DNA from: Octopus sinensis
Taxonomy: Eukaryota
NCBI RefSeq assembly: GCF_006345805.1
Contig: NC_043005.1
Location: forward strand, 86,552,001-86,616,000
Direction: 5' to 3'
DNA: 64,000 nucleotides
Both the position numbers and the translations under genes were made by a program. Of this stretch, positions 52,394 through 64,000 are shown one piece after another. Numbering within the stretch: the first letter of the stretch is position 1; each line of letters starts with the position of its first letter. The notes under the pieces are model-generated. The model was not told the DNA's origin. It did no database searches and was given only the letters and a program-made list of their open reading frames with translations.

Positions 52394-52439
52394 GACACCT
52401 GATGAAGGCTGGGGGGTATATCAACCGAAACGTTGTGTT
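52394..52439 (+). ncRNA. Minimal type I hammerhead ribozyme
   Basis: GACAC-CTGATGA-A-GGCTG(loop)CAACC-GAAA-CG-TT-GTGTT; one mismatch in helix II. Confidence 0.7.
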
Positions 52440-53405
52440 AACAACAAACAAGATGAGGACAAATATCCGTCAAATGTAAATAATCGTTCGCTGTATCCTC
52501 CACTAGAGCTATGAAAGATATATTTATTGTCGGCTCACAAATAATGACGAGAATGTATATTCAGGATCATGGTTAATAGCCGACCGTTGAATCGGATATT
52601 TATTACTGCCAAAACCAAATGGTTTATTGAGTAAACATATTGTTGAAATATACCTGGGGCCATATTCTGGTTCAAGTATAATGTCACCTGTTGCAAATGG
52701 ATAGAGTTGGCAGGATCGTTAGCTCTTCAGGCAAAATGCTGAGTGATACTTCTTCCTGATCTTTGTATTCCGAGTTGAAATTTCGCTGTGGTCAAATTTA
52801 CCTCATATCGCTTTCGGGTCAATAAAGTAACGTAGTAGTCCAGTTATGAGGGGGCCAATGTAATCGATATGTACATATGCCCCAAAATTGAGGATCGCGA
52901 ACCGTGGGCAACAAGCCGGCGCCTTCTTCATGGGGTTTCCTGTGATCTCACTCATTACACGCCGGGGAAAATGTGTAGCCGCTCAATAAAACGCACTTGT
53001 CGGGAAATAGATTTGCTTTTTGAAAACTTATTATGTAAAAGATTATATGTACTCTCAAAATTAAATGTTTGCGAAAATCAGGAAGATAACATGAGGATAC
53101 AGGTGTTAGACAGCTATTGATAGCCAAGGGAATGTGTGACTGAATCATTAAAGATATTCCCTCGACCCATTTGTTTGTTAGGAATACGAAAAGAAAACTC
53201 CACGTCAAGTATTTATTGAAAACATATTTCAAATCTATGACTTCAATTATGGTTTATGTTATTCGGTGTTAATTTGGGCCTGAAGGGCAACCCACGGAAG
53301 GATGACGGAACTTAATGTTAGCCATTGTTCTTCCAGGTTTCGATATACAAAGCTTATGTATAAAATAAACAATGATAACTGGATTTTGGTGGTGGTGGTG
53401 GTGGT

Positions 53406-53442
<37 letters not shown>

Positions 53443-53643
53443 GTCTTGGTGTTGATGGTGGAGGTGGTGGCGGCGGTTTTCTTGGTGGTGGGGTGATGCG
53501 GATTATGATGACACTGATGAGGAGAATGTAGAAACGAAGAAAGGGGGTAGAGGACATTACTGTGCTGAAGTCAATAAAAGACGATTTTTTATGACAATCC
53601 GTGGCGATGCAATCCGTTTGGATGGAAACAATATACAAGTGGA

Positions 53644-54051
53644 GGTGCCAAGCTGGCAGAAACGTTAGCGCGCCGGGTGAAATGCTCACTGGTATTTCGT
53701 CTGCCGCTACGTTCAAATTCCACCGAGGTCGACTTTGCCTTTCATCCTTTCGAGGTCGATAAATTAAGTACCAGTTACGCACTGGGGTCGATGTAACCGA
53801 TTTAATCCGTCTGTTTGTCTGCCCTGGTGTGTCCTCTCTGTATTTAGCCCCTTGTGGGTAGTAAAGAAATAGGTATTTCGTCTGTCATTACGTCTGCCTG
53901 AGTTCATATTCCGTCGACGTCGACTTTGCCTTTTCAGGGTCGATAAATTAAGAATCAGTTACGCACTGGGGTCGATGTAGTCGACTTGATCCCTTTGTCT
54001 GTCCTTCTTTGTCCCCTCTGTGTTTAGCCCCATGTGGGTAGTAAATAAATA

Positions 54052-54052
<1 letters not shown>
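53644..54052 (+). mobile_element. SINE type A tandem dimer
   Basis: Junction GTAAAGAAATAG|GTATTTCGTCTG at about 53872. Confidence 0.88.
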
Positions 54053-54083
<31 letters not shown>

Positions 54084-54951
54084 CATTATTATCACCATCA
54101 TCGTCATCATCATCATTATTATTGGTTGGTTGTCCTCAACGTTAGAAAACTGAACAAAACGCATTGTGGTATTTATGCCGGCTTCGTACGATCCCTCTTC
54201 AAATGAAGTGATCTGCAGCTAAAATGTTCCCTTTACTTTTTTCGAGATAAACCCTGGAAGCGTTTGAGCGTTATATCACTCATTATAAATGTGCGACACT
54301 GTGGGAACGACCGTTGTAATTCTTATTTGCATGATTTGACTAGAACCAGCTTTGAATGAGGATTCATTGATATATTGGAGAAGAAATATTGGAGTTGACT
54401 AAAACTTTACAAGTTTTCCAAGATGAAAGTAAACCAGCTTGAAGCTAAAATATACCATCCTAGTCAGAAATATAATCTTCCCATGAAGAATGTAAATTCA
54501 TTTGAGGTGTTTCAGCTGTTGTGAGTCAAAATAACGAAACAACCATTTATTATTCAATGCCTGGCTGCTTATTGCGGCGATACGTTCATTTTGTGTTAGT
54601 TGTATGCAGTAATATGCAGTCAGCCATATAGAGACAGCCAGAAGCTAAAATGGTAAGCGCTGTTGTTAAGTTGAGAAATTGATACATAATTAATAAAATG
54701 GAGATAGAATTATTACATTTCTATGTATTTCCTATATATTTAGTGTTACGTATATTTGATATATTCGATATATTTCATACATTATATACATGCAGGTGCA
54801 TAACTACACAGGCAAACTATATGCACATACAAAAATACATAACTACGTGTATATATACAAACATACACACATATATATATATACATACACACACACACAC
54901 TCATATATATATATGTTTACATTTATATATATATATGTATGTGTGTATATG

Positions 54952-54997
<46 letters not shown>

Positions 54998-55077
54998 AGA
55001 AATATGTTTTTTCTCTGTGTGTATATTTGTGCTTGTGATTGAAGAGTGTCTCGTGTCAAGTTCAGAAGTATTAAATG

Positions 55078-55119
<42 letters not shown>

Positions 55120-55374
55120 ATATATATCATTTCTTGCTAACTATTAACTTTGCAGCTTCTCATATCAGCGTTGGCTTCGTGATCATTGAACAGCAGAAAT
55201 TCAGTCCGTATCAATTTACTTTATTTTACACAAATAAAATGTGTGTGTATGTACGGACATATGTATGAATATATGCCATTATTTAGTATTATATCAAGAT
55301 TTCTTGCCAATATTTAAAGAGCCGATTTGTAACTTAGATCTACAGCTTTTTCATTGGAATTTCAATAACAACAA

Positions 55375-55735
55375 TGGGTGTCATGTTTCATAGGAACAAT
55401 GCCGCGACCCACACTGCAAAGATCACATCCCAGAAGACCTAAGAGCTTGGTTGAGAAAAAATTCCTCATCCACCTTATTTTTCCGACCTTGCTCCTTCAG
55501 ACTCCCATTTGTTTCGTAGTTTACAGAATCATTGGGCGGGGGACATAAATTTCAGAGTTCTTTGTTGTGAAACCAAACGAGTTTTACATTGATGGGATTA
55601 AAAAGCTTTCAAAAAGATGGAAGTCATAGATAATCAGGGAAAGTAGGTTGATGATTAAATTTTAATTAAACATAACATTTGATCACTTGTTTTCTTTATT
55701 CAAAATTCGGACAGAACTTATGGGATGACCTGATA
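55375..55735 (+). pseudogene. mariner transposase 3' remnant with right end
   Basis: HPPYFSDLAPSDSHLFRSLQNH matches the mariner YSPDLAPSD motif, followed by FYIDGIKKLSKRW; frameshifts present. Confidence 0.8.
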
Positions 55736-56514
55736 TTTAAACCGTCATCGTTCTAAGAAAAAAAAGATAACCAAACCACTAGCACCAATTGCAAGCGATT
55801 CCAATGCGAAGATATACGTGTTTAGATGAATGTATACTCAGCTAATTTCTATGCGATGTTGTTTGTAACCGCGTCCTATTTCAGCAACTAGGCATAGCAC
55901 ACAAAATTTATTTATATCGATCCTTTCTACAAGGCAGAAGGAAGTGAATTCTTCTTCAAAAATCTTTCCATCAGAAAAAATCCCTGCCATAGTTTCACCT
56001 TTACAATAAAAAGAATTGTGATTTTTAATATGCTTTGATGTCTCCCCATGTGGTGGTAGTGATAGTGATTTACGAAATATTATGCGCATTATATGAATTA
56101 CAGAGGCAACTGAAATTATGAGAGTGTTTTTATTAATTATGGTCAATCATGATAGCACTGCTTACGATATCACTGAATACGATATCTTTCAGATAAAGAG
56201 CTAATGCAAATATATTTCGTATTATCGTAGGTTTACTGGTTTGCGTAAGAGATTTGCATGACAAGCGAAAATTACTGGGGTTCTTTAAGAAAGATATAAA
56301 ATGACCTGAATGAAACAACAGGATAAGAATTGTGTAATTTCAATTTATTAATGATAGAATTAGCACTTGAAAATCTTTTCAGGGATTCTCTATTGCAAGC
56401 AATTTGCATAATCATATGCACAGGATAGAAAGTATGTATACAATTTTACACACGCGTACACACATTTACACGGACACATACTTGTATACATATTATAAAG
56501 ATAATACCTTGTAT

Positions 56515-56735
56515 GGCGGCGAGCTGGCAGAACCGTTAGCACGCCGGGTAAATTGCGTATCCGTATTTCGTCTGCCGTTACGTTCTGAGTTCAAATTCCG
56601 CCGAGGTCGACTTTGCCCTTCATCATTTCAGGGTCGATAAATTAAGTACCAGTTACGCACTATAATCGACTTAATCCGTTTGTCTGTATTTGAATGTCCG
56701 CTCTATGTGTAGCCCCTTCTGGGTAATAAAGAAAT
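56515..56735 (+). mobile_element. SINE type A
   Basis: GGCGGCGAGCTGGCAGAACCGTTAGCACGCCGGG head. Confidence 0.9.
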
Positions 56736-57240
56736 ATATATATATACACACACACAGGTAAGTCCACACACACACAAATACTTAGATTTACATATATATA
56801 AACATATACATATATATGTATATGAATTTTAGCACTCGCTTTTCGTCGTTTTTTTTTTCTAAGGAATGGGAGGCAGGCTATCTATTTAACCCGGAGTAAT
56901 TGTAGAAACGTCTGATGAGAAACGAGATGCTGTTGATCAAATTTCCAAATAACGCGATAACGCTTTATCAAACTAGTTCATTCTGCGTGTCGATCTCGCC
57001 AATACAAGATGTTGTAGCTTGCTGCTTGCAGTCCTGACTATTTCATGAGGTTAGTAATTTTGTGCGTCGGTTCGAGCCAAATTTTAGCTCTCATTTCTAG
57101 CACTTCTCGGTGCTATTTTGCATCCTCATTTATTAATTTCACTTTCTGGCATTTAATTGTTATAGCCATCTTTATTATAATGTATTTAATTTATCTTAAT
57201 ATATTAATATATTATTGTAATATACTGTTGCATGTATGTG

Positions 57241-57311
<71 letters not shown>

Positions 57312-57338
57312 CACACACATACAAACACACACACACAC

Positions 57339-57392
<54 letters not shown>

Positions 57393-57407
57393 ATATGTAT
57401 ATATATA

Positions 57408-58675
57408 CACGGTGTCCCCTCCCCCCAAAAAATGTATGCACATTTTAGCAGCGGTTAACTCAACTGATGTTTTTTTCTTTCCAGATGAAACCCACTGGAA
57501 TTAATGATGGCTGTCAGACTAAGCTTTGAACAAAGGAATTTTATTCTAAAATACTACTGGAAGTGTGGAAACGAGTTTGTAACAGATCCACCAACACGAC
57601 TTACCATTACTTGAATTAGAGATAAGTTTGAAGCCAAAGGAACTGTTCAGAATGTCCACAGGGAGCGTTCCGGAAGAGCACGAGCATCGACAACCCCCAA
57701 AACGCAAGAACGATTACTGGAAACGGATCACTAATGTCCAAGAAAATCTGTGCAGTAAGTCGTGTAGGTAGGTATTTAAAAATCGTTTGTCGAACGCATT
57801 TTGAATCGTTGTTAATGGAAATGTTACGTTCCAAGTTTAGTCCATGCTATTAATGACGATGATCCAGACCGGAGAGTGTAGTATTGCGAGTGGTTCTTGG
57901 AACGATGTGGAGAAGTTGAACTCTTTCCAATAGAGATTGTGAGGAGTGATGAGGCCACATTCAAAACAAATGGTTCGATTAACCGCCAAAATCGCACCCA
58001 CTGGGGACCTGAGAATCCGCATGTTATAGTGGAACGCCATGTTAATTTACCAGGAGTTACATTGTCGTGTGTCTTATCATCGCATCGAGAGGATTAATTG
58101 GACCATTGTTTTTTGAAGCTGTTGTGACTGGTCCCGTTTACATGAACTTGCTGCAACAATCTGTCATGCCAAGCATTAGAGAAGACTTTGAAGATGAGGA
58201 GTTTTATTTTGAGCAAGATGGGGCACCCCCTTACTACCATCGCGATGTTAGATCCTTCCTTGATGGGATCTTGCCAAACAGGTGGATTGGTCTAAGAGGT
58301 TTCGTTGAATACCCTCTACTTTCACGAGACCTCACACCACTAGACCTTTTTTATGGGGATGTACTCTATTTTTTATGGGGATACCTAAAAGGCAATGTCT
58401 AAGCTGTGAAACCTGCAACAGTCGCTGATTTGAGAGCAGCCATTGAACGAGAATGCACACAAATACTAAATGAATTGTTTCGTGATGTTTGCAATTCCAT
58501 TGCTTCGCGTTGTCAACAGTGACTGGACCAGAACGGACGTCAGTTTGAAAACAGGCGTTGACAAACAAGAAAATAATGTCTGTAGATTCTATTAAATTTT
58601 GAAAATGAGATTTATTTTAATAAACACATATTTGCAATTATTTAAACTGTATATACAGGGTTTTGGGACACCCTG
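57408..58675 (+). mobile_element. Full-length but defective Tc1/mariner DD41D (rosa-type) transposon
   Basis: TA|CACGGTGTCCC ... GGGACACCCTG|TA ends; [22 protein letters not shown] and DLTPLDLF...LWGYLK motifs. I count 41 residues between the second and third catalytic D. Several stops and frameshifts. Confidence 0.88.
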
Positions 58676-58690
58676 TATACACACACGCGA

Positions 58691-58724
<34 letters not shown>

Positions 58725-59644
58725 GATCAGATATGGATATCGCTGTAAATTCGTTGTACAGATTCGGCTGTCCGCCTACATAGTTATCAATTGCAAAATA
58801 ATTTAATGTAAATTTTTTACGTAACCTGATATCCGTTTATGTGTTTTCATATCATATGAAGATGGATATCCCATAGATTATACTTAAGAATTGATGTCTT
58901 TTTAAATCATGTAAACTGCTGTTTTAAGATTTATTATCTCTCACGTAAGCAACACTTATATAGAGATTCAATGTGTGATTTGAGATGAATGTCGTCTTCG
59001 CATTCCACTCGAGTATTTGACGTATTCTCACAGTCATATGCACAATATCGATAGTTTTGAGTACCAGAGAAATACATATTGTGTAAATGTTTATTTGTAC
59101 TTCATGGGACACTGTGTGGAATATCGATATAAAATTAGGCTGATAGTTTATGCACCTCTCCACGTAAAACCGATGTTGAAGATAGTATAACATGACACTA
59201 TGGAGTTAACGCATCTCACTATATTTCACGTCAAGAGATTACTCTAGCTTTTATGCTAATTGTTTGGATTATTTTCGTGTGATTTCAGATTTCATTTATT
59301 CCATTTAGCATTAATGGTTGGATTAAAGCTTTACATGAATTTACCGGCCCCTGTATGCTTGATATAGCCTTGTCATTCCACACCGGATGAATGTCGTTAA
59401 GACAACGAGTTCCGGGGTGATTGACCTAGGATTATTAATATAAATCCTAATCGCTTAGGATATAAATTAATGAAGTTGAAATATCAATCTGAATTTATAG
59501 TTAGAAACAGAGAGATTGGTCTTAGTCCCTCTACATTATAATCAATAAAGGGGCCGCCGCGGGTTTATTAAATATTTGGTTCACAGAAAATCATTCGGTG
59601 CTGAATGTTTCCTCTTTCAATATATCTCACTTACAAAACTATTT

Positions 59645-59870
59645 TTTATTACCCACAAGGGGCTAAACGCAGAGGGGACAAACAAGGAGAGACATAGGTA
59701 TTAAGTCGATTACATCGACCCCGTGCGTAACTGGTACTTAACTTATCGACCCCGAAAGGATGAAATGCAAAGTCGACCTCGGCAGAATTTGAACGCAACG
59801 TAACGGCAGACGAAGAAAAACCACTAAGCATTTCGCCCGGCGTACTAACGTCTCTGCCAGCTCGCCGCCT
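59645..59870 (-). mobile_element. SINE type A
   Basis: Minus strand starts GGCGGCGAGCTGGCAGAGACGTTAG. Confidence 0.9.
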
Positions 59871-60196
59871 TTCCCTCTCCCTTACAAACCAACAATAGGG
59901 TTTATATTAAAATTTTAACAGTTTCTTAGTAATCAAAGCACTCTACTATTTCCTATTACCAAACGATTCATTAACTGTTTTCTACACATCATTCTGTTGA
60001 AATGACATTCTCATTGTTGAGCATTCGTGGCTCAATTGAGTAACACGTTTTGAACAAACTGCGTTGAGTCGAGCTGGAGAAAATAAAAGAGTGAAAGAAT
60101 AAAGACTTCAGTAACTTACGTATTTGTTTACAATTCTACCCTAAGGTTTTTCTTCTCCACTCAGAGTTCTATTTAATTGCACATCACAGTATCACA

Positions 60197-60560
60197 GTAC
60201 CGACAAGACCATCAGCCGCTGTTATACATTTCTGGTCACAATGCGCTTCCAATTCTATCTCGATTGAGTTATTCTTTTCTATCGTGACACAAGTTGCTTA
60301 GTTAGAACATTGTGGTCTTCCCATCCATATGGAGGCCTTTCAAGTGGTCTTTTCCGGTCTATTGGATACCACTCGACAGCTGCCATGGATCAACTCGTTG
60401 TCTGTGAACATTGTGACAAATCATTGTGAATATTGTGACAAAGGTAACCAATCCAATATAATAATACTTTGATACATTGATTGAGTAGCATAGGTACCTG
60501 ATATTTTGGTGGATTCTTTGGAGGTCTTCCGATGAAATCAAAGTTGGATTCGCATCATCT
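60197..60560 (-). pseudogene. Decayed RTE-clade LINE 3' end
   Basis: EWYPIDRK / RPLERPPYGWED (W.P..RKR..GRP..W.D), then QSR*NWKRIVT. Confidence 0.55.
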
Positions 60561-60688
60561 TTGCTAATAATATAAACCCAGTCATGTTCTTAGTTTATAT
60601 CATTGTCATATCCTTCATTCCAATTTTGGCAAAATCGCAGTAAGAGAAATCATTATTTGGCAGATGTTCATGTATATTCACTTAGGCA

Positions 60689-60721
<33 letters not shown>

Positions 60722-60723
<2 letters not shown>

Positions 60724-61087
60724 TCTTTACTCTCTCTCTTTTACTTGTTTCAGTCATTTGACTGCGGCCATGCTGGAGCACCACCTTTAAGTACTTATTC
60801 TATCGGTCTCTTTTTGCCGAACCGCTAAGTGACGGGGACATTAACACACCAGCATCGGTTGTCAAGCAATGCTAGGGGGACAAACACAGACACACAAACA
60901 CACACACATATACATATATATACATATATACGACAGGCTTCTTTCAGTTTCCGTCTACCAAATCCACTCACAAGGCATTGGTCGGCCCGGGGCTATAGCA
61001 GAAGACACTTGCCCAAGATGCCACGCAGTGGGACTGAACCCGCAACCGTGTGGTTGGTTAGCAAGCTACTTACCACACAGCCACTCC

Positions 61088-61089
<2 letters not shown>
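60722..61089 (-). mobile_element. SINE type B with internal deletion
   Basis: Near-identical to 17462-17855 but lacks the CAAATCGACCCC...GTAAGC segment. Confidence 0.9.
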
Positions 61090-61135
<46 letters not shown>

Positions 61136-61234
61136 ATATATATAGGGAGAGTTTACGAAAAAAGCAAAAGACAAAGACAGGTGGTGTACAGAACAAACAG
61201 ATGTATTAGTATAACGCTCAGGAATAGAAAAATT

Positions 61235-61270
61235 CTTTTACGTTTCGAGCCTACGCTCTTCTACAGAAAG
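61235..61270 (-). ncRNA. Hammerhead-like motif with non-canonical core (CUGUAGA)
   Basis: CTTT-CTGTAGA-A-GAGC(GTAG)GCTC-GAAA-CG-TA-AAAG; helices I and II are perfect. Confidence 0.4.
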
Positions 61271-62365
61271 GGACACAGAAAAAACAAGGAGAGAAAAAAT
61301 GTGTGTAGTGGCTAACAATATATATATTGTTTCTATATATATTATTTCTACTTTCAAGTGGCGGAGGATTATCAGAATCCCAACAGCGACAAAAAAAAAT
61401 GACTTGTGCTTATTTAATAATTGCATGTTCTGAGTTCAAATCCAACCAAAATTGATTTTACCTTTGAAACATTCATGGACCATGCAACCAATCTTCTCTC
61501 AAATACTTGTTTCGATGAGATAGACAAATCCGCACCTTTTGCTTTGCCCCCTTTCCGCCAAATTAGATACAATTATTTCAGTTTGAAACACTTTTGAGCA
61601 ATTCCAAGTCTAAAAGATCCATTTCAACGTAGAAACACTCTACAGTCAGGTCCCATTAATTATCAGGTATTTGAGAAACGATAGATATTTACGAAGTTTG
61701 TCTCCAGTGGTACTTAGGTGAGTGTTTACTCTTTCAAATAATTGACATGTTTTAATACGAAAAGTTGCTCTCTCAGAAGGGTAACACATATACAGAATGG
61801 CGGGGAGCAACTGATGGTAAAATGTTGCTTAATATAGCAAGACTTGTTTTTTTCTTTATGAAGGCAAAAACATAGAAGGCCTTTAGTTTGAGAACTTGTG
61901 AAAAAACACGTTAAAGAAAATAAAATCATAAAAGCCATATCCTGAAAAAGAAATAGAGAAAGGGAAAGAACATTCTGTCCGTACTAAGCAACAGTATACA
62001 TATTTTCTCCCTTTTCCACCTAGCTTCTATATTACTCCTAGCTTCCTCACTTGAAGTATATTCAATTAACCATGCTACGCCAAATGGAAATTACCAATTA
62101 GATGCGGTAACAATTGTGAACATCATAATCAAAGAATCCACTAGGATTAACGGTTAAATGGTATAACGAAATATATTCTAGGAAAAACACTAAAGTTCGT
62201 GTAATATAATCAAATATACATACTGGGTGAATTACATGCTGCTTGGTCAATTTGGTAATAATTTCCGTCATATGTTCGCTACACTTAGTTCGTGCTGCAT
62301 TTGAATGAATTTAGTATATTTTCAAATGCGTGTGTTTGGCGTGTTTGTGTGTATATATATGTATA

Positions 62366-62416
<51 letters not shown>

Positions 62417-63028
62417 TCATTCATACATATATATTTATACACACGTACATCAAGCATACATGCACACACACAGAGACACCAACATATACAACAAAACAGG
62501 AGATATTAAGATATATTTTAAAGCTATAAAGAACAAAATAACTTTGTACATTAGTACCATATGTGTCAACATTGTTTTGTTCATTTGATTAGCTGTTAAA
62601 AGTGAAAACCGGTTAGTAATAAATATAATTAGCGCTTTTGTGACAACAGATTTTCTGTTTGAAATTTATGAACATCATAAAAAATAAATAACATTATTAT
62701 TTTTTTTTTAATCTAAAATATTCTTGCTATGAATTTTAAGAAATATACGCAGATATTTAAGAAATATAACATTATTTTGACATTACTTTTTAGAAAAATG
62801 TTACATTTCACTAAAAAAAAAATTTTTTCACATTAATTTGTACTTCAAATCTATTTTTTTTATCTAATTTCTAAATTTATTTCTGTATATAAAAAAAAAA
62901 CACTTATTGCACTTTTAACACAATTGTTTGGCTAAGAAACTTTATTTCCCTTTCAACACTATTATGTCGTTAAGAATACCTTGATGCAAGCCAAATACAA
63001 TTTTGTGAATTACTGATAATGCATCATT

Positions 63029-63175
63029 TACATTATTTACATTGGACGGATATGTGTCCTCATCTTGTTTCTTGTTATCACAACGTTTCAGCTGATTTGC
63101 TATCCAGCCTTCATCAGGTGTCCTGGTGGAACTTTGAATGTTCTCATTCCTAAGGTAATTTTTGTTGATGTTATT
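63029..63175 (-). mobile_element. Third, older copy of the hammerhead arm (ribozyme 63077-63122)
   Basis: GACAC-CTGATGA-A-GGCTG(loop)CAGCT-GAAA-CG-TT-GTGAT; abuts (TTA)n/(GTA)n. Confidence 0.7.
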
Positions 63176-63191
63176 ATTATTATTATTATTG

Positions 63192-63248
<57 letters not shown>

Positions 63249-63451
63249 CTTTTATTTCAAATTCCGCCGAGGTCGAATTTGCCTTTCATTTTTTCGGGGT
63301 CGATAAAATAAGTACAAGTCGTACATTTGACTCGATGTAATCGAATTAACCCCTACCCCTAAAATTTCTGCCCTTGTGGCAAACTTTGAACCCCCTCCTC
63401 CCCCTTCTCCTACTACTACTACTACTATTATTATTATTATTATTATTATTA

Positions 63452-64000
63452 TTTTTATCAAGTGTTTTCACTGCACTACCAAGCGAAGCTCTGTGTGCCT
63501 TGGGTATGTGCTGTGGTTTGTTGCGAGGTTCTCATTTTACTGTATTGAAAGTGTTTTACGAAGGATGTTTGCGGTGTCACGTAGTGCTATTTTTTGTATG
63601 GTATATATACTTGTCAGTCCTGGGGAATTTGTGATGCAATTGTGTGTATATTTTTTCATTATCCTTAATGCGCCTAATATGATAAGAATTGTTTACTGAT
63701 TTTAGACTCCCCAATTGAGTTACCTCTATTTGCAGGTCTTTAAATTTTGAAAGTTTTTCCGTTTCTTTTAGAGAAACATTATAATCTGTTCGTATTGATA
63801 CATCGATTAGAACACATTCTCTTTCTTATTGCTATTGTATCCGGCCTACTGGCCTTAATTTCTCTGTGTGTAATAGTATATCTCAGAATACGGTTGCTTT
63901 CTCATTTTCTGTGACCTTTTCTGGTGTGTGCCTATACCATCTTTTTCTGTTGTTATTCCATAGTGTTGGCATAGCTTCAAGCTTATAACGGTCGTGTCTG
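63452..64000 (-). mobile_element. R4/Dong-like LINE 3' portion (RLE endonuclease remnant), runs off the window
   Basis: WYRHTPEKVTENEKATVF...RPD...CVLIDVS..DYNVSLKETEKLSKFKDLQIE...LGAL...IQKIAL.DTANILRKTLSIQ*; 3' UTR ends in (TAA)n. Confidence 0.85.

Larger units (their letters stand above)
51452..52484. mobile_element. Composite element with about 140-bp inverted arms, each carrying a hammerhead ribozyme
   Basis: 51455-51597 is the reverse complement of 52342-52484. The interior holds (TTA)n, the 550-bp insert and a tRNA-like segment. Confidence 0.8.

Noticed and set aside
55838-56318. Two adjacent non-repetitive minus-strand ORFs (102 and 61 aa)
   Set aside because: No recognisable motif and no good donor site after the acceptor-like sequence near 56004.
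56900-56925. GAAACGTCTGATGAGAAACG hammerhead-like words
   Set aside because: No helix II between CTGATGA and GAAA, and no helix I.
59365-59420. Possible decayed hammerhead (CGGATGA-ATGTC..GAC-AACGAGTTC)
   Set aside because: The GAAA is missing and the core is mutated; too degenerate to support.

Overview
AT-rich, repeat-saturated eukaryotic DNA, probably intronic or intergenic. The SINE families and microsatellite load look like an octopus (coleoid cephalopod) genome; this is an inference from my recollection of these repeat families, not a search. I cannot confidently identify any host protein-coding gene, and most listed ORFs are microsatellite artefacts. Recognisable content: about 35 tRNA-derived SINE copies of at least four head types; decayed RTE LINE ends; two R4/Dong-like restriction-endonuclease LINE types ending in (TAA)n or (TA)n; a young L1/Tx1 ORF2 3' fragment inside a near-identical 1924-bp tandem duplication; a Penelope GIY-YIG fragment; a DD41D Tc1/mariner; mariner and FLYWCH/MULE remnants; two Helitrons; and two MITEs with 8-bp TSDs. 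The most interesting signal is a high density of type-I hammerhead ribozyme folds from several unrelated sequence families. One element carries two inverted hammerhead arms around a tRNA-like Pol III head. Several unrelated elements also appear to home to (TAA)n and (TA)n microsatellites. All structures were folded and aligned by eye; SINE boundaries are approximate.
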